Source of the DNA: Schizosaccharomyces osmophilus
Taxonomy: Eukaryota
NCBI RefSeq assembly: GCF_027921745.1
Contig: NC_079240.1
Coordinates: forward strand, 682,001-746,000
DNA length: 64,000 nucleotides
Direction of reading: 5' to 3'
Within the stretch, counting starts at the first letter, position 1, and each line of letters starts with the position of its first letter. This document shows, in pieces, positions 12,972 to 26,200 of this stretch. Below the pieces are notes generated by a model, which was not told where the DNA came from, did not search any database, and saw nothing but the letters and a program-made list of their open reading frames with translations. The position numbers and the translations under genes are program-made.

Positions 12972-13263
12972 GCTGCTTCAATGTAATGTCTATTTCTTTC
13001 ATCAGAAATTTCATGTTTTACTTAGTTTTTTCTATATTATTAAATACCTTTTTTATTTGACTGTTTATTCCCTTGTGATCTATAAGCTTACGGAATAGGC
13101 AAATCTTTACCTTGTTTTTCGATGTCATATGGTAATAATGCATTGCTTAGCAAAGTAGTAATGGTACTATGTCACTGTAAAAAAACTCATTATCGCGGTG
13201 AGTGACTATTAATCAATAAAACCGAATGAAACTGTTAAAAGGAAAGAGAAATATCCATCATAG

Positions 13264-14790
13264 CTAGACATTAAACGTTTGATCATCAAATATCTTCGAC
13301 CTATCTTCTGGAGGCCATTCCAGTCGCTTCCAGGTGCGAATGGTGCGTTCAGAGGGGTTTAATTCCCATATTCTGGCACGCCGAATGTATCCACCATGTC
13401 CGCCGTAGCCACCAAACCCAGAGCTTCCTGCCATACAGAATCTTACCTGATGTGTCTTGTGAATTCCACAAAAATCATTCACATGATCGTGACCAGCTAC
13501 AGCCAAAGGAATTTGCAATTCATTTAGCGTCTTTGCTGTCCCCGGATCACAGTAGGATGAGGAACATTTTTCTCGATACGACCCGACCATATCGTCCACT
13601 TCACAAAATTCTCTTAGTGGTATATGAAAGAAGACCATTTGAATGGGGTCGTTTTGAAATTCTGTCTTTCTTGATCGCAACCAAGCAAGTTGGTCTTTCT
13701 TAATCGCATCATACAGAGGACAAGCTCGACCATTCGTAGTTCCTGCATGTGAATCCAGTACATATATAGCAAATTTATCGGGACTTCGCAAAACATAATT
13801 CCCAACCCCAGAAATATTTCCCATTAAACCGATATTTCCAGGGACCTGGTGAACAATCTGAGCCATGTCGTCGTTAGCTAAATCTCCTAAACTATCATGA
13901 TTTCCATAAGTAACGGCGAAGGGTATTTCGTAATCTACCACAGGTGCTAGTGCTTTCATTAGAGACGTTTTCGAATCGTCCACCGCATCACCGGTAATTA
14001 AATCACCCGTAAAGAGGACCAAATCTGGAGATTCCCGTTTCAATAAGTCAGTAACAAAAGTTCGAGTAGTTGCGTCTGCCATACAGTCTGAAGGACGTTC
14101 TGGAGGATACGAATCTCGGCACTTTGTGAGTTCAGAAGAAATATGCAAGTCCGATAACTGCAAAATCTTTAATGTATCTTTCTGTTTATTAAATGGCACG
14201 TCTACGAAAGATGGTTCATTGTTCTTAAGACTCTCTATAGTTGAAACAAGGGGATATGAGCAATAACGTTGGGTCAGCAAAACTGGACGACCAAGATAAA
14301 GGAAATCTGATTGAACTGGAATCCATCCTCTTCGTAGTTCAGTGGCATCGGAGCCAAATAAGCCTTCCACATCACATACATCCCCATTTGGACCGTGCTG
14401 AATGTGGAGACCATAACTATTTCCTTTCGCCATTTGAGGATCAATAAATATATTCTCGACAGTCTTTGTTACCCCAGAAATATATCTAATAGGTCTTTTT
14501 ACAAAGACATATGCCCGTTTCCAAGGAAGCCATGATTGATACAAGTTTTTGCTAGAGCGATCCCATCGCCAGAATAAAAGTACAGGTCTGCAAAAGGGAG
14601 AGAATAACCCACATTCGACTATGCGAACATTCTCAATTGGTGTTTGAAGATAAGCTACCCTTGCATTGAAAGAGGTAGGCAATTGAGTCTTAACAAGCCA
14701 ATTATCAAGAATAAGTAGAAAAAGGTAAAGAATTACAGCATAAACCAAGTATAAACGAAGGAAATGACCCTTTCTTGCTAAAATCCTCAT
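13264..14790 (-). CDS. dcr2: Dcr2-like calcineurin-type metallophosphoesterase with N-terminal membrane anchor
   Basis: SDLH, FTGDL, GNHD, FFHIP and GHDHVNDFC motifs. First ATG is at 14790. Synteny. Confidence 0.85.
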   Translation of the reverse strand: MRILARKGHFLRLYLVYAVILYLFLLILDNWLVKTQLPTSFNARVAYLQTPIENVRIVECGLFSPFCRPVLLFWRWDRSSKNLYQSWLPWKRAYVFVKRPIRYISGVTKTVENIFIDPQMAKGNSYGLHIQHGPNGDVCDVEGLFGSDATELRRGWIPVQSDFLYLGRPVLLTQRYCSYPLVSTIESLKNNEPSFVDVPFNKQKDTLKILQLSDLHISSELTKCRDSYPPERPSDCMADATTRTFVTDLLKRESPDLVLFTGDLITGDAVDDSKTSLMKALAPVVDYEIPFAVTYGNHDSLGDLANDDMAQIVHQVPGNIGLMGNISGVGNYVLRSPDKFAIYVLDSHAGTTNGRACPLYDAIKKDQLAWLRSRKTEFQNDPIQMVFFHIPLREFCEVDDMVGSYREKCSSSYCDPGTAKTLNELQIPLAVAGHDHVNDFCGIHKTHQVRFCMAGSSGFGGYGGHGGYIRRARIWELNPSERTIRTWKRLEWPPEDRSKIFDDQTFNV

Positions 14791-14999
14791 ATCGGAAGAA
14801 AACACAACAAATATACTCTCAAGTAGGAACAGAAATTCGTCCTCTTTGCATACCCTACTGACCTAGTGGAGCCCTTTTAGTTACTCACGAAGCAGTCAGT
14901 ATGTATTCTGGAGTAATTGGAAATATAACAACAAATGCAAGCAATCGTAGACAACTCCATGCTTACTGGCATTTTGCAATAAACAATGAAATCATTAAG

Positions 15000-15010
15000 T
15001 GTTTGTTTAC
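15000..15010 (-). promoter_or_regulatory. Full FLEX (forkhead/Mei4) element between divergent dcr2 and rpb6
   Basis: TGTTTGTTTAC, which reads GTAAACAAACA on the minus strand, about 210 bp upstream of the dcr2 ATG. Confidence 0.5.
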
Positions 15011-15208
15011 ATTCGAAATTTTGAACGCAATATAGCGATTTTTTACGAGGCCTAGCGAAGCAACAGAAGGCTATTGTGAACTTCGTTGGATCGTCTCAAT
15101 GTACTGAAGCGCAATGTTACTTGCAAAGGAAACCGAGAATTTCTTCAAGACACCTCTGCTTCTGCCATTTCCTTTAATTTCGTAACCCTCATAAATAAAC
15201 AAGTCAAT

Positions 15209-15780
15209 ATGTCTGACTACGAAGAAGAAGAAGGATTAGGTATGGATGGTGCCGTCATGGAAGAAGAAGTGGATGAATATCAAGTGGGAGACGAAAATGG
15301 CGAGCAACAAAATAATGGTGCAGGAGGAGAATCCACCACCATATTGTCAGAAGACGTTGCTACCAATCGTACTGGTGCTGCCTCCAAAGCCATAGAAAAA
15401 GAAAGACGTACCACAACACCTTACATGACTAAATATGAGCGTGCTCGTATCTTGGGTACCCGTGCCTTACAGATCAGGTAAGTATAGCAGCCAACACGGA
15501 AGAATGAAATAAAAAATATGAGTGAGGAGACCCGAAATATGAAGTTTTGAGCCATTTCGCTATGTTGGACCTGCGTTATTCTTTGTGTTTTCTGTATTCT
15601 CTTCAAAGACTAACAATAATGCTTAGTATGAATGCTCCTGTTCTAGTCGACTTGGAAGGCGAAACAGATCCATTGCAAATTGCCATGAAGGAACTTGCGC
15701 AAAAAAAGATTCCCCTTTTGGTCCGTCGGTATTTACCTGATGGAAGTTTTGAGGATTGGAGCGTTTCTGAGCTCATCTAA
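15209..15780 (+). CDS. rpb6: RNA polymerase I/II/III common subunit Rpb6; exons 15209-15477, 15627-15780
   Basis: [29 protein letters not shown] is reconstituted across a GTAAGT..CTAAC..TAG intron. Confidence 0.97.
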
Positions 15781-16197
15781 TGGAATGTGTGGCTTCTAAT
15801 AAAGTTATTTAAGAAACAAAAAAGTTAAGATCAATAATATCGGTGGTTTTTGGATATCTCCTTTATCTCAGGAAAGAACGTCCTTGTATAATTTGAAAAT
15901 CATAAGATTGGAGTTGAGTGACCAGGCTCGAAACGTCAAAGTGTAAAAAAAAAGCTTAACATCTTTCTGTACAAATGGGGATGTCCATAGAACTTCCTCA
16001 ACTTGTTGGCAACTCGTTCTTTTTCCATAATTATACATTGTACTGCGATTGATATTTTACTTTGAATAGCAAAGTTTTGGAAGTTTTAGTAAAATCGTAA
16101 ATGGTGAGCATCATGACGGAACCTGTTTAAAGGAATAAGTTAGTAATTTAAATCAGTATTATACGAAAAACAAAAAAGAACGTGCTTGGCTCTATCT

Positions 16198-17531
16198 TTA
16201 GTGTTGGGGTTCATGATGCTCTGTTACGGGCCTCAATTTTTTCCAATCCTGGATCTGTTCTGATGTGGAAGAGAGGGGTGTAACAATACAACTTGACAAA
16301 GCGGGCATGGCGTCCAAAATGATATCTTCAGCCAATTTCACCAGCTTTGATGTCTCTTGGATTGTTAAATCTGGTGCCATTGACAAAATGACATGAATTG
16401 CATGTGTATTTCCCAAGGTCATAGCAACCTTGTGAGGAAAATCTGCTTTTTTCGATAGCACATCAACAACGGTTGTATGTAGATTTGTAGACGGGGCTTT
16501 ATCTAGCATTTGATGTAATGCTTTACTTGAAGAAGCAAAACCAGCTCGAAAGACAACTATACTGACTAAGCACCCAAAAAGAGGATCCAACCACGGAGCA
16601 TTCAATAAATATGCGCCGGAAAGTGCAGCAAGTGACGCTAGGCCAGTTAATGCATCTGCACGATGATGCCACGCATTGGCCATCAGCAGATTAGAACTCG
16701 TAGCTCTTGCAACTTCTTTTGCTAGAATCATAAAGTTAGCATCTTCCATAATTACAGGACCTTATAAATAAATACTTACTTCTTTGAAATAACCACTCCT
16801 TTAAAACAATGCTTCCAAACGCTATTCCCATTGCCATGAAAGGATGATGCAAAATCAACTCAGAGTAATCATGTGAATGTCCTAAATGGGCATTTGTAGC
16901 TGCTGCATCTACGGAATTGTGCGTAGTTGAACCTTGCAAAAATATCGTATACAATCGACTGAAGGAAGAATTTGCAATCCCTACTGACACGGCAAGAAGC
17001 AAGCCAGAAACGCTAAATGTACCCAACGTTTCCCACTTCCCATAGCCTGTTGGATAATCTCGAGTAGGTTTTTTGTTACAAATTTTCAAAGTAAACAAGG
17101 TTACCAGATCGGAAATCATATCTCCTAACTGATGAGCAGCATCAGCAAGTAAAATGTTCGATTGCAGAGCCAATCCACCGGTCCCTTTAGCAGCCATTAA
17201 TGCAATGTTACTATATCTGAAATTTAATTAGCATGCCGCTAATTTTATTTAGCTGATGTCTTGTTCGCTAAAAATATATAAAGAACACTTACAGACCCCA
17301 CCAGGTCATTCGTACTTCTGGTGTTTGCTTTTTTTGTTTTAATGCTTTGACGAATTCAACATAATTCTTGTCATCTTCATGAGTATGTTTGTGGGTATGA
17401 GGATAAAGGCCGTGTTGGCGACAAAATAACCAAGGACGGTATGTAGAAGAAGGGTATTTCCGCAAAGAATTGCGCTTTGAAGTCTCAAAACAACCTCTAA
17501 AAGCAAACGTCTTCGTTGAGCGTGGTAACAT
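16198..17531 (-). CDS. mmt1: Mitochondrial CDF-family iron transporter; introns 17292-17217 and 16779-16722
   Basis: Basic presequence, His motif, and LLADAAHQLGD, YPTGYGKWE and ANAWHHRAD motifs. Two GTAAGT introns. Confidence 0.88.
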
Positions 17532-18302
17532 CAGAAATTCAATTGCTGGAATACAAACTCTGAAAAATTCTGGTTTATATATGGTTTATTGTAGCGAAAT
17601 ATCATAGATAGGTCTGCCTTTCTTCCTTTCGTTTCGATGCCTTGACACACAGGCAGCAGTTAGAATTCTTTCTTGAGGAGGTTATGCAAATAAAGAACTG
17701 AAGAATAGAAAAAAGTCAGTAGATTGACTTATTTTAACAGTTACGTAAAAAAAAAGCACGTCAGTATCTATACAGACTTTGAAGACTGAAAGATATGTTT
17801 AAAAAAGTTACAGAAGAGGATAGACCATTACAAGTTCCAAACGATCTTTTATATCCCGACTCCTGACAGTTCGAAGGAGGCTATTTTCACTTTAAAGCAG
17901 TTGTAGATCAATTTCGGTTTAGCCTCTTCGAACCTTCATGATTTACTTGCACAATTTTATCTGATCATAACTCTAGATATAATTTCCTACTTGTATTTTA
18001 CATATGTTAATTTCGAGTAATCAATACTGTGAATTTAGTTTATCTATGAAGTTACAAATCAATAATATGCAAAACCAAACTCAGTGCATCCAATGACCGC
18101 GAAAGTATACTTTGTAGTAAAAAATTTGAAACCAAAATAAAGTAACTAAAAACAAACACATAACCCATTATTATTAAATATATAAACGTTTTAGTATACA
18201 CGAGAGTTTTAAGCATTTCCACTAGGCATTAAAGGGCAATGAAAGCGTTTATAATAAACTGACACCCTAAACACAAAAAACTGATTATGTAAACTCATTC
18301 CA

Positions 18303-21300
18303 CTAGTGGTAAATGCTCAAAACCTCAAAACATGCAAAAGAATATGCATTTATAGACACTGAATGTAGCTTTTCCAAAAGAACTTTCAAAATTTCCGGTT
18401 CTTGATTTAAACCGTCATCATAAACGGAATGAACCCTTACGGACGTTGCTTCATATACATAAACTGCTCCGTTTTGCTTCATTAAAGCTGATTCAGGAAT
18501 GCTAAACTCTATTAAAAGCTTCAATGCTCTAGAGTGAAGGTACATCTCCAGTCGAATTACGATACACTGTTTTTCCCGATTAAATGACACATAAGGCCAA
18601 TACAATTTCAACCGTTCAAAATCCAGCAATAGTTCCTGTAACTGATTCCAATAAGCAGCAATCTTGTCCATTTCCGGTTTTAACAACTTGATGTTTTTCT
18701 TTATGAGTTTACTTTTGTTGCTGTGAAATATCTCAGCTATAATATCAAACACACCAGACACAGTCCAAGGTCGCTTTGCTATTTCAGCTTTCACGTTCAG
18801 ATCTAGTCCTTGTTGGTGCACTTGAAGCAAAACGAAAACATGAAAAGGTTGCAACGAATGATTCCAAATTAGTTTCATTTGATTAGGTCGGATAGAAAGT
18901 ATGGTCCAGCCAAGTTTCCGCTGTAACTCTGACATTTGCTGCTGGTATTCTGTAATTTCATCATATTCAAAATCCTGATTCGCATTATAAAATTCCCTTT
19001 CTTCCTCACACCGTAATTCCAAATCTTTGCATCGATTACTTAGATCGTCCATCTCTTTTTCTAAGTTCTTCTTTTTAGTTTGCCTTTCAACCAGTATTTC
19101 CTTTTTCAGCTTTAGCTCCCTTTGCAAGTCTTCAAATTTACTTTGAGTTCGGAAAACCAATTCTTTGTTATAGTGTCCAAACAATTCCTTTCTCTTCCTC
19201 AACGCTTCAACCTTTGTTGATACCGTAGACAGACTCGTACGCAACTCTTCAAAAAATGGAAAAAGTTTGGATGAGGTTTCCGAAACCTGTATCAAGTTTT
19301 TTCTAAGCTTCAAATGGTTCTCATTAAGTTCCTGCTTAATTCCTTGCATTAGAGCCTCCCGCCATTCGTACCAATAACCTTGCGCTTGTAAACGCGAAAA
19401 AGTTTTGATTATCCGAAACTGTGAATTCATTAACGCTTTCATCTCACTGGATGCTTTTCTATATTCGTAAAATAGCAACGGATTATTCTTATAAGCATCT
19501 TCAGCCATCTTTGCTACAAAGTCCTTTCCCTCGATGATATATTCTTCCAATTTCTGACAACTAAACCTGTACAATTCGAGTATTGGAAATTGCAAATAGT
19601 AAGATTCCAGAAGTTGAGCTGTCGTTAATTGAGGACTCTCAAGTGGACCTGAAATAATCGTCTCACGCCTTTTCGAACTCGTTATATTATCCAAAAACTC
19701 GATTTCAGTCATATCCAAAAATTCGTCCAACGTTAAAGCTGGTAAAACAGGGTCAAATGAGGATGAAGAAGTCTCCTGGTCCGCTTCTATCTTTTGCTTT
19801 TCTTCTCCGGTAGGTACAGCTTCATTTACGATATCCGGCAAATCAGTAGCATGTAGGGCACTTTCTTCATTCATAATATTTACGTCCATTGAAGAACCCA
19901 GTTCCTGTGTTCCTTCTAAGGTAAATGGTTGCAATTTGATTGCTATTGGAGATATGAAGGAATCTTTTTCCATTTCTTGAAATTTGCTATTGGCAAAATA
20001 ACCAGAAGATGAAGATTCTGGTGCTGGAGACGCATACGAAGAAGCAGGTTGCACCTCACGCCTTAAAGGACTTGCAGATGCAGGCTTTATGATTTCATGC
20101 CAATTATTAGTTGAGTCATTTTTTCGGGGTGAAGCATTTGATACAGAATTTTGTTCTAATGTAGGCGAAAACGAAACAAAGTCCAAATCATTCAAAGTAG
20201 ATATAGATTTCCTAGCATTTCGAATCGTTGATAATCGTTGTTTGCGCCTTGTATCCATATCCATAGTGGATGTACTAAACCTTTGTTTACGACGAGAACT
20301 TTTTGTTGCACTCCGATCCAACCTACTAATCGGCGAAGGTGATGACAGGGCAGCTTTCTTTTTCGGGGAATGAATTTCAGATCTACTGGGCGTTTTGACA
20401 TGAACGTTACCATTCAATAGTTTTGACTTCTTGTGGGGAGGAGTTTCTTCATAAGTTGTAGGGGCATCTTTGGGAGAAGGAAACCTCTGTATTGGTAAAG
20501 TAAGATCCATCCCCGTTTCCTCTTGGTGTTCTGGTAAATTATTATTTTCGTTCATTTGGGAAAATGGAAGACTAATTACACCAGTCACATCCATAGGTTC
20601 TTCATTATCATTCAACTGGTTTTTTGAGGGTGAAACTCCGTCAAATGCGTTCGTTACATTCATTTCATCTTCTTCAGCATCAAGAAATTCATTGTTTCTT
20701 AATTCTTGAAAATCTGGCTGGGTCTCGCTTTGATGAACGGTATGAACAGGTGAAGCAACAGAATGAATAGTTTGAGTAATATCCATAGCTTCCTCTTCAG
20801 AAGAAGGGGGAGGTGAAAGCTGTTTCTCTGGAATTGTTGTTGTAAGATCCATATCAGTCGGGTTTTGTGAAGGGGAATCAGAGATATTCATAGCAGTTGG
20901 AGGACCTATGGATGGTTTATTATCTTTGCTAGGCGCACCACCAAGAGTACCAGTTACGGATACTTTATGAGCTGGACGAATTGGTGATATGTGAGAGGAA
21001 GTAAGCTCCATGCTAATGTCCATCTGATTTGAGAAGTCTTCGGGGGCAGTAGGTGGTATATCAATTGATCGAGTGAGCATCATGTCTTGTTCTTCCTCAA
21101 TCCCTCGATCCAGCGAGGGAATTGACTTCGGTTCAGAAGCACGATGGTAAGAAAGCGGAAAATCATCAGTATGCTCAAATTGTCGGAAAGGAGTTTGCTC
21201 GGTTGAGCTGGTACCCTTAAGAGACTCAATGCCAGAAATGTAAGAGTTATCATCGTGAAATCGCATGGTGACATCCATGCTCATTTCAGCTTCCTGTTCT

Positions 21301-22043
21301 TCACTATTACGTGCCTTGCTTGACTTTATTGGAGGGCTTTCCGACACATCAGAAGAAGCTATTTGGGAGGCATATGGATAATTAGTTGCGATAGGAGAAG
21401 GGTTTGGCAAAGTAGAAATAGGGTTGATAGAAGGAGGTGAATTCGTGACATCCATATCACTGTTTGTCTCATTCTCTTGCAGATCGGGAGGAGGTGAATT
21501 ATGGCGAGCATTGGACAAAATAGGTTCAGTTGTTGCTTCAGAGCTATTTGATTCGCTTCCAGTTTCAGATGATTCTTTAGGAACTGCATTTCCTTGTTCT
21601 TCGGCGGGGACGCTCGGCGCTATGGTAGCAGACGGAGGAGAGTCGGACGAGAAACGCGATCGATCTGATTCATTTTGATACCACCTTACGCGAGCATGGC
21701 TCGCAAAAGATACACGACTTCTTCGACCTTTTGAACGAGATGCTGGTTCCTTCTCCTGTGGAGCAGTCATTTGTTTGGACGCAAACATTATGCTATTAGG
21801 GATACCAATGACGGTATTATTCAGTGCCTCAAAATCATCGTTGTAAGTACGTTCATCTTTGGTATCAGGATCAAGTCCAAAGGAAGAATATCGTTTAAGA
21901 ATCCCTTTTCCCGGATTGGCGCGTTCTCTGAATTCTTCCACAGCGTGTGACCCTCCCAATGAATATGAACGTTTCCTTGTTTTTTTCTTTTCATATAAAT
22001 CATCAGTAGCCGCAATACTATTACGGCGAGGCGATGTTGACAT
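18303..22043 (-). CDS. spc7: Kinetochore scaffold Spc7/KNL1
   Basis: GILK and RVSF PP1-docking motifs, about ten MELT-like repeats (MDVT, MELT, MDLT, MDIT), and a C-terminal coiled coil. Likely ATG at 22043. Confidence 0.95.
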   Translation of the reverse strand: MSTSPRRNSIAATDDLYEKKKTRKRSYSLGGSHAVEEFRERANPGKGILKRYSSFGLDPDTKDERTYNDDFEALNNTVIGIPNSIMFASKQMTAPQEKEPASRSKGRRSRVSFASHARVRWYQNESDRSRFSSDSPPSATIAPSVPAEEQGNAVPKESSETGSESNSSEATTEPILSNARHNSPPPDLQENETNSDMDVTNSPPSINPISTLPNPSPIATNYPYASQIASSDVSESPPIKSSKARNSEEQEAEMSMDVTMRFHDDNSYISGIESLKGTSSTEQTPFRQFEHTDDFPLSYHRASEPKSIPSLDRGIEEEQDMMLTRSIDIPPTAPEDFSNQMDISMELTSSHISPIRPAHKVSVTGTLGGAPSKDNKPSIGPPTAMNISDSPSQNPTDMDLTTTIPEKQLSPPPSSEEEAMDITQTIHSVASPVHTVHQSETQPDFQELRNNEFLDAEEDEMNVTNAFDGVSPSKNQLNDNEEPMDVTGVISLPFSQMNENNNLPEHQEETGMDLTLPIQRFPSPKDAPTTYEETPPHKKSKLLNGNVHVKTPSRSEIHSPKKKAALSSPSPISRLDRSATKSSRRKQRFSTSTMDMDTRRKQRLSTIRNARKSISTLNDLDFVSFSPTLEQNSVSNASPRKNDSTNNWHEIIKPASASPLRREVQPASSYASPAPESSSSGYFANSKFQEMEKDSFISPIAIKLQPFTLEGTQELGSSMDVNIMNEESALHATDLPDIVNEAVPTGEEKQKIEADQETSSSSFDPVLPALTLDEFLDMTEIEFLDNITSSKRRETIISGPLESPQLTTAQLLESYYLQFPILELYRFSCQKLEEYIIEGKDFVAKMAEDAYKNNPLLFYEYRKASSEMKALMNSQFRIIKTFSRLQAQGYWYEWREALMQGIKQELNENHLKLRKNLIQVSETSSKLFPFFEELRTSLSTVSTKVEALRKRKELFGHYNKELVFRTQSKFEDLQRELKLKKEILVERQTKKKNLEKEMDDLSNRCKDLELRCEEEREFYNANQDFEYDEITEYQQQMSELQRKLGWTILSIRPNQMKLIWNHSLQPFHVFVLLQVHQQGLDLNVKAEIAKRPWTVSGVFDIIAEIFHSNKSKLIKKNIKLLKPEMDKIAAYWNQLQELLLDFERLKLYWPYVSFNREKQCIVIRLEMYLHSRALKLLIEFSIPESALMKQNGAVYVYEATSVRVHSVYDDGLNQEPEILKVLLEKLHSVSINAYSFACFEVLSIYH

Positions 22044-23294
22044 CGTCAATGAAAACAATACGTTTCCAAGTATAACTTGGTTGTGTTTAGGTTTCAACTA
22101 CCTAATTACCAAACTCGAATGAAGTGTGCAATATTATGTAGCACACAAATAAAATCTTTATTACGTACTCTAACCAAGCTACACAATTCAAGTTCAATGC
22201 TTCGTCTAGCTAATCTAAAGAAGTATGATGATTCCTGAGGATGCAATGGGTTTATTAAGCTAAAAAAAGCTAACGATACAAAGTGTTCATAACGCTTTCA
22301 CATCTTTGTTTAAAAAGAAAATGTAATAGCCAAAAACCTGTATCGTTGGTAAAAGCTACTTGCTCTGTCAAAATCTACAAACATGCTTGGGTGAATTATC
22401 AGATCGTTAGATGACTAGTAGTTTACTATATTGATTTAGATTCATGAAAAGTAAAGGACGAAACACTCATTGAGGTGCTTTAAACGGCACCAGTTCTTTC
22501 ATTAACAAATACATACAAAAACAGAAGAAGTGTTTGCTAGGAAAATCTTCTTGCTATTTTTGTTTTTTATCATTCTTTTCCCTCTTCCTTGTATTATTTG
22601 GAGCCAATGAGTGCGTATGTATATATCTTTTGAAGAATTCACATTTCACATTTCTTAGCTTAAATATAGTGTTCCTATCAAACATCTTTATTAAGGATAC
22701 AATTACTACATTGTAGCAGACCCATAACAACAGTGTTTATATTGCGCTGTTTACGTTTGCTTTCCTTCATTTTGTAAACAAACATACTTTATTTCAGCAA
22801 GATATAACTGAACGGCGGGTCTACCCAAATTGACTTCTTAATAAAAGAGGAAATATACCTGTCATATAAAGCTTTATCTCCTAACAATGTTCAGACCTAT
22901 ACCAATAAATGTTGCACACGAAATGCATCGGTCATGACTTATGAGGAAAGCGTTACGTTACTGACGAGAAGGTTTCCTAAAATATGGTGTCAAGGTCTAG
23001 TCATTGTTGAAATGAAGCAAGAAAACAGTCTTGAAGACAATTTTCCACGTAATGCGTTCTAAATAGCATGGTTTTGTCGTTAAAGGTTCGTAAAACAGTC
23101 AAGTTCTAAGCCCTAGACCGTTCTTTTCTTGTAGCAATAATTTAATATAAAAGAAGTACCTCCTGCCCTCTTTTGGTAAGCGCTCATTTGCCCTACTCTC
23201 ATTTGTCAAACATACTTGCATCGAAAGGCACACTCTTTTGAACACCTAGTCTTTCTTTTTTTTATTTCTATCTGTAAAGTCGTCTTTTGACAAC

Positions 23295-26200
23295 ATGCAA
23301 AATTCAGACATTGGTGCTGATCCTAGCGGGTCGTATCCCAGTCGTCAATACGTGCATCGTCAAACATCTCAGGAGGGGGACAATAGATTCTCTAATGACT
23401 GGAATACCAGGACGTACGTATATGATGACAGCAATCCTCATTCCACACAGCAAGAGACTGATAGCATTGCTTCTTCCGGCCATGAAAGATACACTGATAG
23501 CGATCAAGGAAACCATGAATCTTCAGCTGTGGACTATGACAATGCATCAGGCGCTGTAGCCCCAAATGCACAAAATCAACCCCCTCAATCCCCTGCTGGG
23601 CATACTGCTGCACAACAACTACCTCAGCAGCAGCAGCAGCATGAACCTACGCAACAACAAAGTCAACACGAACCACCATCTTCTCCTCCAGATTCTGCTA
23701 ATAATGAAAAGGCTGCTGAAGCAGTTAATCAGCCACAGCCACAAAATCAACAGCAGCCTGGTGGAGACGGGGACGAAGATGACGACGACGAGGATATTGA
23801 TGCATTAATAGAAGATTTATACTCCCAGGATAATCAAGAAGAAGAAGAAGAAGAAGAAGAAAAGCATGAACCGGGCGGTGTCAAAACGGTTCCAGAAGAA
23901 CTTCTTCAAACTGATCCAAAGCAGGGTCTTTCCCAATCTGAAGTTGAACAAAGACAAAGCAAATATGGTCTAAACCAAATGAAGGAAGAAAAGCAAAACA
24001 ACTTTAAGAAATTCCTCTCATTTTTCCTTGGTCCTATTCAATTCGTTATGGAAGCCGCAGCCGCTTTGGCTGCAGGTCTTCGTGACTGGGTAGATTTTGG
24101 TGTCATTTGTGCGCTTCTATTGCTCAATGCAACTGTTGGTTTCGTTCAAGAATACCAGGCTGGCTCAATTGTGGACGAGTTGAAGAAAACTATGGCTTTG
24201 AAATCCAGCGTCATACGTGACGGACATGTCGTTGAATTGGAGGCCAAGGATATCGTCCCAGGTGACATTCTACACCTTGATGACGGTACCATTTGTCCAG
24301 CAGATGGTCGGTTAATTTCTGATGATTGCTACCTTCAAGTAGATCAATCTGCAATTACTGGTGAATCTCTTGCTGTAGACAAGCATAAAAATGACACCAT
24401 GTACTCTTCATCTTCGGTTAAACGAGGTGAGGCATACATGGTTGTCACAGCTACTGCTGATTCGACTTTCGTTGGAAGAGCCGCATCTTTAGTTGGTGCA
24501 GCGGGTCAAGCTCAGGGTCATTTTACTGAAGTTCTCAACGGAATTGGTACTGTTCTTCTTGTTCTAGTAATTCTTACGCTCCTCTGTATTTATACCGCAG
24601 CATTTTATCGTACTGTTCGTCTCGCGAGACTCTTGGAATATACTTTGGCAATTACCATTATTGGTGTACCAGTGGGCCTTCCCGCAGTTGTCACAACAAC
24701 AATGGCTGTTGGTGCTGCTTATCTTGCAAAAAAGAGAGCTATTGTTCAAAAACTTTCGGCCATCGAATCTTTAGCAGGCGTGGAAATCCTTTGTTCAGAT
24801 AAAACCGGTACCTTGACTAAAAACAGACTTTCTATGGGTGAACCTTATTGTGTCGAAGGTGTTGATCCTGATGATCTTATGATTACTTCTTGTCTTGCAT
24901 CTTCTCGAAAGAAGAAAGGTCTGGACGCCATCGATAAAGCATTCTTGAAAGCTCTGAGAGACTATCCTAAAGCCAAACAAAAATTGTCTAAATATAAAAT
25001 TTTAGATTTCCATCCTTTTGATCCTGTTTCCAAAAAGGTTACTGCTATCGTTGAAACTCCAGAAGGTGAACGAGTAACATGCGTGAAAGGTGCACCGCTA
25101 TGGGTATTCAAGACTGTTCAAGAAGATCATGAAGTTCCTCAAGAAATTAGTGATGCGTACAGGGAGCAGGTTAACGATATGGCTTCTAGAGGTTTCCGTT
25201 CACTTGGTGTCGCCCGTAAAGTAGAAGGAAAACAATGGGACATTCTCGGTATTATGCCTTGCTCGGACCCACCTCGTAATGACACTGGTCGTACGATCGG
25301 CGAAGCTATTCGTTTAGGTTTGAGAATCAAGATGCTTACCGGTGATGCTGTCGGTATTGCTAAAGAAACAGCTCGCCAACTAGGTATGGGAACTAATGTT
25401 TATAACGCCGAACGTCTTGGTTTAGGTGGAGGTGGTGATATGCCTGGCTCTGAGGTTTATGACTTTGTAGAAGCTGCCGATGGATTCGCTGAAGTCTTCC
25501 CTCAGCATAAATATTCAGTAGTCGATATTCTTCAACAAAGAGGTTATTTGGTGGCAATGACTGGTGATGGTGTCAATGATGCTCCTTCTTTGAAGAAGGC
25601 AGACACTGGTATTGCTGTTGAAGGTGCCTCCGATGCTGCTCGTTCAGCTGCTGATATTGTCTTCTTAGCCCCTGGTCTTTCAGCTATCATTGATGCTTTG
25701 AAAACATCTCGTCAAATTTTCCACCGCATGTATGCATATATCGTTTACCGTATTGCATTGTCTCTTCATTTGGAAATCTTTTTTGGATTATGGATTATCA
25801 TCTTGAATCGCTTGATGAATTTGGAATTAATCGTCTTTATTGCAATTTTCGCTGATGTTGCAACACTAGCAATTGCATATGACAATGCTCCGTTTGCACC
25901 AAAACCAGTTAAGTGGAATCTTCCTCGTCTGTGGGGTCTCTCTACAGTTGTTGGTATCCTTTTAGCCATTGGCACTTGGATTGTAAATACCACCATGATT
26001 GCCGAAGGACAAAATCGCGGTATCGTACAGAACTTTGGTGTCCTTGATGAGGTGCTCTTCCTTCAAATTTCACTTACTGAAAACTGGTTAATTTTTATCA
26101 CCCGTTGTAATGGACCTTTCTGGTCTTCTATCCCTTCTTGGCAGCTAACCGGTGCTGTGTTAGTTGTTGATATTCTCGCTACAATCTTTTGCATTTTCGG

